DNA from: Thermodesulfobacteriota bacterium
GTDB lineage: Bacteria > Desulfobacterota > Desulfarculia > JACQYL01
DNA: 64,000 nt
Assembly: GCA_963675595.2 (NCBI GenBank)
Contig: CAXXLZ010000002.1
Location: 3,840,001-3,904,000, forward strand
Direction: 5' to 3'
Shown here: piece after piece, positions 46,880 to 54,840 of the stretch
How positions within the stretch are numbered: the stretch's first letter is position 1
Layout: the number at the start of each line of letters is the position of its first letter
Program-made: the position numbers and the translations under genes
The notes under the pieces: model-generated
What the model was told of the DNA's origin: nothing
Seen by the model: only the letters and a program-made list of their open reading frames with translations
Databases searched by the model: none

Positions 46880-48046
46880 ATGGAACGCAAAGAGATCATT
46901 TCCGTAAAAGGAGTCAACAAGAGCTTCAAAGGCGTCCAGGTTCTCAACAACGTGAACCTCGCGGTTTACGAGAAGGAAACCCTTGGAATTATCGGAAAGA
47001 GCGGTGTGGGTAAGAGCCTCATTCTCAAGCACATCATCGGACTGATGAAGGCCGACTCGGGAGAGATTCTCGTGGACGGCGTGAACGTCGCCGAAGCGGG
47101 AAGAGGGGAACTGGAGAAGGTCCGTTCGCGAATGGGGTTCCTGTTTCAGAACGCGGCGCTTTTCGACAGCATGACCGTGTTTGAAAATATTGCCCTTCCT
47201 TTACGGGAGACAACGAAACTGAGCGAAAAGCAGATCGATGATCGCGTCGTGGATTTGCTGGACCATGTGGGGCTGGAGGCCGCCCGCGACAAGTATCCAC
47301 CTCAGTTGAGCGGTGGAATGAAAAAGCGGGTGGGCTTGGCTCGGGCGCTCGTGAATAATCCGGACATTATTCTCTTTGATGAGCCCACGACGGGCTTGGA
47401 CCCGTTACGCAAGAATGCGGTTCATGAATTGATTGCGCACAGCCAGAGACATCACGGTTTCACCGCGGTGATCGTCAGCCATGAAATTCCCGACATCTTC
47501 AATATCACCGATCGTATCGCCATGATCGACCAGGGCGCGATCGTAGTGGACGTGCCTACGACGGAAATCACCAAAGTGAAGAATCCCACTTTTCTTAATT
47601 TCATTTCGGGCGCTCCCAGTTTCCAAAGTCCGCGGGCGGGGCTCGCGAGCCGGGTTGAGTTCGAAGCCCGTGTCGGCGAGGAGCATGAGCGTTCCAAACG
47701 ATATGGTGATCCTTTCACGGTTGTTTTCCTGAGGTTGGGGATTCCTCAGAGCGATACGCTGATGGAGCAATGGCATCTTGATCTTGCTCATATTTTGAGA
47801 AAGAAACTGCGCGTCGCAGACATGATCGGCCGTTTCGACGAACGATGCATCGCTTTCATTCTTCCCGGCACGACCAAGGAGGGAGCGACGCAATTGGCCG
47901 GGAGAATCGGCGGGTTGGTTCGTGAAGCCTTGACGCGGGACGATGAACGCTTGAACCCGAGACTCACTTATGGTTATTCTGAATATGAAGAGAAGAAGAC
48001 CCCGGAAATGATGTTGCAGGAAGCTATTCTCGAGTTGAGAGCGTAA
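46880..48046 (+). CDS. MlaF/Mkl-like ABC ATPase fused to a degenerate GGDEF domain
   Basis: Walker A GKSGVGKS, FQNAALFDSMTVFEN, LSGGMKKRVGLARAL, DEPTTGLDP; C-terminal about 140 aa with ERSKRYGDPFTVVFL...RVADMIGRFDERCIAFILP. Confidence 0.85.
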   Translation: MERKEIISVKGVNKSFKGVQVLNNVNLAVYEKETLGIIGKSGVGKSLILKHIIGLMKADSGEILVDGVNVAEAGRGELEKVRSRMGFLFQNAALFDSMTVFENIALPLRETTKLSEKQIDDRVVDLLDHVGLEAARDKYPPQLSGGMKKRVGLARALVNNPDIILFDEPTTGLDPLRKNAVHELIAHSQRHHGFTAVIVSHEIPDIFNITDRIAMIDQGAIVVDVPTTEITKVKNPTFLNFISGAPSFQSPRAGLASRVEFEARVGEEHERSKRYGDPFTVVFLRLGIPQSDTLMEQWHLDLAHILRKKLRVADMIGRFDERCIAFILPGTTKEGATQLAGRIGGLVREALTRDDERLNPRLTYGYSEYEEKKTPEMMLQEAILELRA

Positions 48047-48302
48047 CGCCGATTTGTCTGCCGCAGTGATTCGACTCTCCTGAACCGGATCGACCCGGTG
48101 TACGGGAAACCGTCCTTCGGTTTTCATGGTCGATCGGCAGGCCTGCTCGATAGAGTTCCAACGACCATTTCATGAAACTCCGGTGTGACCGAATCCCAGG
48201 CTCCCTTGGTTTGATTGGACAAGCTTGAGAGCAACAACATGTTGCGGCCGGTCGACGTCGGGGAGATTCTGATTCTTCCGAGGTGGAAGCGAGGAAATAG
48301 AG

Positions 48303-48560
48303 ATGGAGAGAAGAATCGCCGAGATCATTATTGAACAGCTCCAGTTGGAAGACGTGACTCCGGACACGTTTGATCCGGACCTTCACCTGATCGATGAGGT
48401 GGGTATCGACAGCATGGAACTGGCCACCATCACCATTGTGCTCCAGGACGAGTATGGAATCCGAATCCCGGAGGACGATTACCCCGACCTCCTGACCTTA
48501 CGCGCGATTGCGGCCTATGTTCGAGAGAAACAGGCCGAAAAGGAGAGTAAGGTCGCGTGA
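48303..48560 (+). CDS. Acyl carrier protein
   Basis: 85 aa, acidic, GIDSME phosphopantetheine site; GAGG RBS. Confidence 0.9.
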   Translation: MERRIAEIIIEQLQLEDVTPDTFDPDLHLIDEVGIDSMELATITIVLQDEYGIRIPEDDYPDLLTLRAIAAYVREKQAEKESKVA

Positions 48561-48687
48561 GCCTGCCTGAGGTGCCGAATGGATTCGTCGATCATCGGGA
48601 CGGGACCGGGCTTCCGAGATGGAATGAAGGCCCGAGAGGAGTGGTGTGTACGTTTGGGTGCGGTGAGGATGACGGGGTGCGGCCCAG

Positions 48688-49692
48688 ATGAAGTTTCAGG
48701 AGATGCTCGAGATTCCCGATGTGGGGCAACGCTGGGACCGGGTCCGGCGTTTCTTTTTTTTGCGTGAGTCCACTTACGACATGACCCGCAACTGCAACCT
48801 GAGATGCAAGGGCTGCTATTATTACAGAGGTGACAAGAGCAAGACTCGAGACGAAACGGATCCGGAGAAGTGGAAAGCGCTTTTCATGTCCGAAAAAGAT
48901 CGGGGCATCACCTACGTGGTTTTGGCGGGGGCGGAGCCCTCGCTGGTTCCTGAGCTTTGCAGCGCGGCCTTCGACGTCATCCCTATCGGCTGCATCGCAA
49001 CCAACGGACTCGAGAAGATTCCGGAGACCGTGGGGTACAATATCCACGTTTCGGTGTGGGGAAACGACCGGGAAAGCGAGACGGTGCGGGGCGCAGTCTG
49101 CCTGGAACGGCAACTCGCGAATTACGCCGCGGATCCCCGGGCGGTATTCATCTATACCTTCACGGGAAGAAACATCAAACAGGCCGAGGAAGTGGCCGTG
49201 GATATTCTCGACCGTGGAGGAAAGCTGAGTTTCAATCAGTTCAGCGCTCCTGTAGGTTACAAAGGGGATCTCCGCCTGAACGACCGGGACCGTCGAGCCA
49301 TGGCCGAAGTCATGGGAGAGCTCCTTCGAGCCTATCCGGACCGCGTGCTTTATTCCCCTTACAGCATAGACGTTCACTCGGGAGAGCGGTCCCTTCACCA
49401 GCGGTTCGGCTGTCCGTATCCCAGACGCAATCCGAACGCAGTGATCGGTCTTGGAAAGTCCTTCCGTCAGTATCGAACCGATCTGACCTGGGACATGGGG
49501 GCGGCATGCTGCGTACCGGATACGGATTGCGATGATTGTCGTCACTATGCGGCGGGGTCGGCCATCGTGACTTCTCGCCTCAAGCAACACGTGGATTGTC
49601 TGGACGATTTTCTGGCATGGCTCGACTACGTGGACACCTACCTCTCCGTCTGGGTCCGGGGGTACACCAGAAGCCCCAACCCGGCGCCGTAA
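48688..49692 (+). CDS. Radical SAM protein (paralog 1)
   Basis: CNLRCKGC (CxxxCxxC), LAGAEP, IATNG, C-terminal Cys cluster C...CCVPDTDCDDC. Confidence 0.9.
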   Translation: MKFQEMLEIPDVGQRWDRVRRFFFLRESTYDMTRNCNLRCKGCYYYRGDKSKTRDETDPEKWKALFMSEKDRGITYVVLAGAEPSLVPELCSAAFDVIPIGCIATNGLEKIPETVGYNIHVSVWGNDRESETVRGAVCLERQLANYAADPRAVFIYTFTGRNIKQAEEVAVDILDRGGKLSFNQFSAPVGYKGDLRLNDRDRRAMAEVMGELLRAYPDRVLYSPYSIDVHSGERSLHQRFGCPYPRRNPNAVIGLGKSFRQYRTDLTWDMGAACCVPDTDCDDCRHYAAGSAIVTSRLKQHVDCLDDFLAWLDYVDTYLSVWVRGYTRSPNPAP

Positions 49693-49705
49693 AGGAAATC
49701 CTTTC

Positions 49706-50704
49706 ATGAAGATGGTTCGAGACCTGCTGACCCCCGAGACGACAGCCCGGTATCAGGCCGTCAGCAATCTTAACATGCGGAGCTCCATATACGATGTGAC
49801 CAACCGGTGCAATCTTCGGTGCAAAGGCTGCTTTTTTTTCTCGAGCGGACAGGACAGAGGGCTCCAAGACGAACCGGATATTGATAAATGGGAAGAATTC
49901 ATTCTCGAAGAGAAACGGCGTGGGGTGAACATGGCCATCCTCATCGGGGGCGAACCCACCCTGTTTCCAGAGCGAGTCGAGCGGTTCCAGCGGCACATGA
50001 AAACGTTCTGCGCCACCAATGGATTGATCCGAATGCCCAGGGAACGTTTCCCGGACATGATGGTGGGAATTTCGCTGTGGGGCTCCGAGGAGGACGAAAT
50101 CGCACTGCGTGGGAAGAACACGTTCCGTACCTCTTTGGAGCATTACCGTGGCGATCCGAACGTCTATTATTTGTATACGATCACTCCGGGGCGTCTCTCG
50201 GCGGTGGAGAAAATGACCAAACGAATCGGGGACGCGGGTTTGAGAGTGCACTACCAGTTGCTCTCCAATGATGAAAATGTTCCCGGATTCACGTTCGACC
50301 TCGAGGAAAAGCGCCGGGTCCGGGATCTTCTGGACGACCTATTGGAGCGCTATCCTCAAGTGGTCATTTCTTCTCACTACTATCACCGAGTGCTGATTAC
50401 CGGCGAGATGATGGGCCGGAAGTGGGGATGGATGGAGTGTCCCTCCGTATCCGAACGGAAGGACCCGCGAAATCCCAGGCCCAAGAGCCTGCCCGGATTC
50501 AACTCGTGGGCCAGCGATCTTAAGACCCTGCACCGGTGTTGCACATCGGATACGCGGAATTGCGATGCCTGTTTCGATGGCGCAGCCCGGATGAGCTGGG
50601 TGATGGTCAACAAGAGACTCCACATGTCCTCCAGAACGGATTTCGAGAACTGGTTGGAGGTCATGGAGATGTTCGCCAAGCTCTATCGTTACGTGCCTTG
50701 GTGA
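49706..50704 (+). CDS. Radical SAM protein (paralog 2)
   Basis: CNLRCKGC, LIGGEP, CATNG, C-terminal Cys cluster C...CCTSDTRNCDAC. Confidence 0.9.
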   Translation: MKMVRDLLTPETTARYQAVSNLNMRSSIYDVTNRCNLRCKGCFFFSSGQDRGLQDEPDIDKWEEFILEEKRRGVNMAILIGGEPTLFPERVERFQRHMKTFCATNGLIRMPRERFPDMMVGISLWGSEEDEIALRGKNTFRTSLEHYRGDPNVYYLYTITPGRLSAVEKMTKRIGDAGLRVHYQLLSNDENVPGFTFDLEEKRRVRDLLDDLLERYPQVVISSHYYHRVLITGEMMGRKWGWMECPSVSERKDPRNPRPKSLPGFNSWASDLKTLHRCCTSDTRNCDACFDGAARMSWVMVNKRLHMSSRTDFENWLEVMEMFAKLYRYVPW

Positions 50705-52029
50705 AGGAAGCGGGACCGGTGCCGGATCCCTACCGTATGAATTTTTCCCCGACGTCCCCCGACAACGGCATTTCCCGAGGAAAGGCTGTTGTAATCGTGT
50801 CTCACGATTGCATCACCCCTTTAGGCGACGGCTCCGATGCCACCTTCCGAAACGCTCTGGAAAGCCGTTCCGGAATCCGCAGGCTCACGTGCATCGACAC
50901 GGACGGAATCCCGGTCAAGTTCGGGGGTGAGGCCGTCAGGCCCGACTTGTCTCACTATCCTTTTCTTTCCGCTCGGGAGCTCAAGAACTGGTTTTCTCCC
51001 GTCATTCCCCACGCCCTGATCGTGGTGCATCGGGCGCTGCGAAAGTCCGGCTTGATCATAGATGAATCCAATCGAGAGCGAATCGGGATGCTGGTTTCAT
51101 CGGCCATCGGAGGCGTGGGGGCGGTCCTCGCCGCTCATGACGCCATGGCCGCCGGGCGTCTGCCCCACCCTTTCTCCAACCCCAATACGTGTCTCAACAT
51201 GATTGGCGGCAAAGCGGCCATTATGTCGGGAGCCGGGGGGCCTATTTACTCCCCGGTGGCTGCCTGCGCCACCGGAGCCGTGTCCGTGGCCTGCGGGGTT
51301 TCCATGATTCAATCGGGTCGGGTGGACGCGGCCGTTTGCGGAGCCGTTGATTTCCCGCTTCATCCCACCATCTTGACCGGGTTCGCCACAATGAACGGCG
51401 TATTTCAAAGTGATGATCCCCGGGATCGTTCGCAGAGCGCCCCCGCCCTCAGTTGTCGTCCGTTCAGTGAAGACAGGAAAGGCTTTTTGGTTTCCGAGGG
51501 TGCGGCGGCGCTGATCCTCGCGTCGGAGTCTTATGCCCGAGCCAAAGGGTTGCCGGTGGAAGGATATGTGGCCGGGATCGGCATGAACTCGGACGCCCAT
51601 CATTTCGTGGTTCCTTTCCAAGAAACTATTACCCGATGCATGCAAATCGCTCTGGATGACGCGGGAATCGAACCGGGCGATGTGGACTACGTCAATGCGC
51701 ATGCGGCTTCCACCCGAGTAGGGGACGCCGTTGAGGTGCGGGCTCTGGAAGACGTTTTCGGTCGAGAGGCTCGCGTTCCGGTGAGTTCCAACAAGTCCCA
51801 GTTGGGGCACACCATGGGCGCTTCCAGCGCCATCGAGATCATCCTTTGTCTCATGGGCATGAAGGAGGGATGGATTCTCCCCACCATCAACCTCTTGCCG
51901 GACCCGGAGTTCGCCCTTGACTTCGTCCCCCACAAACCTCGTCGAGCCGACCTGCGGTACGTGCTGTCCAACTCCTTCGGTTTCGGGGGCTGCAACTGCT
52001 GTGTGATTCTCAGGAGGGCGGACTGTTGA
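50701..52029 (+). CDS. Beta-ketoacyl-ACP synthase, FabF-like (paralog 1)
   Basis: AACATG (Cys), NAHAAST (His), KSQLGHTMGA (His), SNSFGFGG; GTG overlaps the upstream stop (alternative ATG at 50737). Confidence 0.92.
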   Translation: MKEAGPVPDPYRMNFSPTSPDNGISRGKAVVIVSHDCITPLGDGSDATFRNALESRSGIRRLTCIDTDGIPVKFGGEAVRPDLSHYPFLSARELKNWFSPVIPHALIVVHRALRKSGLIIDESNRERIGMLVSSAIGGVGAVLAAHDAMAAGRLPHPFSNPNTCLNMIGGKAAIMSGAGGPIYSPVAACATGAVSVACGVSMIQSGRVDAAVCGAVDFPLHPTILTGFATMNGVFQSDDPRDRSQSAPALSCRPFSEDRKGFLVSEGAAALILASESYARAKGLPVEGYVAGIGMNSDAHHFVVPFQETITRCMQIALDDAGIEPGDVDYVNAHAASTRVGDAVEVRALEDVFGREARVPVSSNKSQLGHTMGASSAIEIILCLMGMKEGWILPTINLLPDPEFALDFVPHKPRRADLRYVLSNSFGFGGCNCCVILRRADC

Positions 52030-53291
52030 GAGCGCCGGAAAACCATCGGGTATTCGTGGTGGGTTACGCGGTTTCCACGGCGCTGGGCCACGGATTGAAA
52101 CGCACGTGGGAGCGGGCGCTCAAGGGAGAATCGGGAATTCGGCGCATCACGCGTTTCGATCCCAAAGAATATAAGGTATGCACCGCCGGTGAGATACCGG
52201 ACTTCGATCCCTCATCCTATCCGTTTCTTACGCGCCGCGAACTCAGAAACTGGCACGCCGGATTCGTACCCCTCACCATGGCGCTGTGCCATGACGCTTT
52301 GGCGGATGCGGGGTTCGAGATCAAGGAAGCGGACGCAGGCCGTGTGGGAGCCGTTATCGGCTCCGCCATCAATGGTTGCGACGCCTTCGAATCGAACCTC
52401 AAAGCCCTGGAAGCCGGGGGCGCGAACAAAGTCAGCCCCTACCTGTTGCCCAATGTGTGCGCCAACCTGCCGGCGGGAAAAGCCTCCATGCTCGTGGGGT
52501 TCAAAGGTCCCCTGTTCGCCGTGGAGAGCGCCTGTGCCACGGGCAACCATTGCATTGCGGAAAGCGCCCGGATCATTCAGCGAGGCGATGCCGACGCGAT
52601 GCTGGCGGGAGGGATCGAACTCCCTTTGCTCGAAGCGATTAACTGCGGCTTCGGGAACATGAACGCCACCTTTTCCGCCCGCGGAGGAGACCGGGCCGTG
52701 GATCGTCCGGAGTTGGGCTCCCGGCCCTACAGCGTGGACCGCAAAGGTTTCGTTCTCGCCGAAGGAGGCGCGGTGCTCGTCCTGGCTTCCGAGGGTTTCG
52801 CGTTGCGTAACGGTTTGGGGCTCAGGGCGGAAGTGTTGGGCACGGCCATGACTTCGGACGCCCATCACTTCACCCAGCCCAACGAGGACGCGGTGACCCG
52901 CTGTATTTCCCTGTGCCTGAGGGATGCGGGAATCGATGCGGCCGAAGTGGACGTGATCAACGGCCACGGCACGTCGACGGTTTCGGGAGATTCCGTGGAA
53001 GTGCACAGTCTTCGAAACGTATTCGGTGAAGGTCTGGCGCGAATCCCCATTGTCTCGAACAAATCGCAGTTGGGCCATTCACTGGGCGCCGCCGCGGCCA
53101 TCGAAGCCGTGTTGGCCGTTGAGGGAATGAAACGCGGAATGCTCTCTCCCACGATCAATTACATAGAGGATCCTGAGTCTGCCGATCTGGATTTCGTCTC
53201 CGAAGGGGCGCGCCCTTTTGAGCACCGAATCGTGCTGTCCAATTCGTTCGGCTTCGGTGGAACCAATTGCTGTGTGGTATTCCGGAAATGA
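52026..53291 (+). CDS. Beta-ketoacyl-ACP synthase, FabF-like (paralog 2)
   Basis: SACATG, NGHGTST, KSQLGHSLGA, SNSFGFGGTN; TTGA overlap with the previous gene. Confidence 0.92.
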   Translation: MRAPENHRVFVVGYAVSTALGHGLKRTWERALKGESGIRRITRFDPKEYKVCTAGEIPDFDPSSYPFLTRRELRNWHAGFVPLTMALCHDALADAGFEIKEADAGRVGAVIGSAINGCDAFESNLKALEAGGANKVSPYLLPNVCANLPAGKASMLVGFKGPLFAVESACATGNHCIAESARIIQRGDADAMLAGGIELPLLEAINCGFGNMNATFSARGGDRAVDRPELGSRPYSVDRKGFVLAEGGAVLVLASEGFALRNGLGLRAEVLGTAMTSDAHHFTQPNEDAVTRCISLCLRDAGIDAAEVDVINGHGTSTVSGDSVEVHSLRNVFGEGLARIPIVSNKSQLGHSLGAAAAIEAVLAVEGMKRGMLSPTINYIEDPESADLDFVSEGARPFEHRIVLSNSFGFGGTNCCVVFRK

Positions 53292-53770
53292 TTCTACGTT
53301 TCAAGATATCCTCATGCGAGGAGGAAGGCGTTTGTCTTGAGGGCGATACGGGGCTTCCGTGGTTCCATACCACACTCCGTGTTCTGTATGCGGACACGGA
53401 CCGCTCCGGCGTGGTGTATCACGCCAATTACCTCAAGTATTTCGAGGTCGGGCGTGCGGCTTTGATGCGTGCTTCGGGCTTTCCCTACAAAGAGGTGGAG
53501 GCCGGCGGATACACGCATCCCATTGTCGAATTGGGGATCAACTTTCAGTCCTACGCCCGTTACGATGACCTCCTTCGCGTGTACTCCCGACCGAAGACGC
53601 TGGAGCGGGTGCGGTTCATTTTCGACTATCGGATCACGAACGAAGCCGGGGACCGCGTGCTGGTGTACGGCTTCACCAGACACTGCTGCTTGAGTCCCAA
53701 ACTCAACCCCGTGGCCGTGGACCCGGAGACGGTGGCGCTGTTTCGAAAATACGGTGCGGTCGAGACATAG
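53288..53770 (+). CDS. YbgC/FadM (4HBT) family hotdog thioesterase
   Basis: RVLYADTDRSGVVYHANYLKYFEVGR, ARYDDLL; ATGA overlap with the upstream KS. Confidence 0.9.
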   Translation: MILRFKISSCEEEGVCLEGDTGLPWFHTTLRVLYADTDRSGVVYHANYLKYFEVGRAALMRASGFPYKEVEAGGYTHPIVELGINFQSYARYDDLLRVYSRPKTLERVRFIFDYRITNEAGDRVLVYGFTRHCCLSPKLNPVAVDPETVALFRKYGAVET

Positions 53771-53861
53771 CGGCGTTCGACGGCATCGACAAGCAAGTCT
53801 CCGTCTTTGTTTCTTCCGAGGTCCGTGCTCGCGCGCAGGCGTTTACGACGGCGGTGAATCC

Positions 53862-54743
53862 ATGCCATTCTTTCCTTTTCTCACGCCCATACACCAAAAT
53901 TCCGGGACCGACGATTTCCGTCTGTTCGTGGGGCGTTTCGATGCAGATGAAACTCCTTGGCTCAGGGATCATATGATTGCCGGGAAAATCGTGCTGCCCG
54001 CGGCGTTGATTCTGGAAACGGTGTGCCGGGCGGCAAGCCTCGGGTTTCCCGGTCTGTCCTTGGATCGATACGAGTCGGCGGAGTTCACGAGATTCATCGA
54101 GTTGGACGCAAAAGGGGGAACCTCGGAGGTCTTCATCGGACTTTCCCCGGGTCCTTCCGACAAGGGCGAGGAAGGAGTCTGCGAGGTAAAGGTGTACACC
54201 CAGTTCTCCGCCGGTGGGCGTTTCCGACGAAAAAAGGTTCACCATTCGGGAAGGCTGTTTTTCGGGCATTCCGAGCCGTCGACGCCGACTCGAACCGTCG
54301 AGGACGATCCCGGGGCCCAACGTTGCCTGACGCGGGGGCGGGTCTACCCCGACTACGTGGACTTGGGGCCCGCTTTTCAGACGCTGGAGGGGGTTTTTCT
54401 CGTGGGTAACGATGAGATTCGGGCGGAGGTCGAATTGCGGGAAGAAGCCGTCCAAAGTTCTCCCACGGGCTCTGCACTACCGGGGCCTATCCTCCTGAGA
54501 GACGGATGCTTCCAACTCCCCTGCGTTTGGGGAAGGTTAGGCGGTGGCGAAATCCGCATCCCGAGTTCTTTCGGGTCCTTTCACTCCTATCGGTCGATTC
54601 GGGGGCGCCGCGTCGGCTGCCGGGCGGTCTCGGCAGGGGGAGATGAAAAGGAGCGATGGTTCGACCTCGATATTTTCGATGAGGATCGTACGCTGCTTGA
54701 AACGTACCGACGCATGGGGTTTCGTCGTCTTTTTGGGGCGTGA
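53862..54743 (+). CDS. Stand-alone PKS-type dehydratase (double hotdog)
   Basis: PWLRDHMIAGKIVLP (HxxxGxxxxP), LGPAFQ, DGCFQ (DxxxQ). Confidence 0.8.
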   Translation: MPFFPFLTPIHQNSGTDDFRLFVGRFDADETPWLRDHMIAGKIVLPAALILETVCRAASLGFPGLSLDRYESAEFTRFIELDAKGGTSEVFIGLSPGPSDKGEEGVCEVKVYTQFSAGGRFRRKKVHHSGRLFFGHSEPSTPTRTVEDDPGAQRCLTRGRVYPDYVDLGPAFQTLEGVFLVGNDEIRAEVELREEAVQSSPTGSALPGPILLRDGCFQLPCVWGRLGGGEIRIPSSFGSFHSYRSIRGRRVGCRAVSAGGDEKERWFDLDIFDEDRTLLETYRRMGFRRLFGA

Positions 54744-54840
54744 AACAGCCGAGCCTCGGCGGACCACGGGAAGACGGCCTCTCCGGCGGCCTTCCATCGG
54801 GCGATGCAGAGAGCGCAACTTCCCGAACTCCCCGCCTCGG

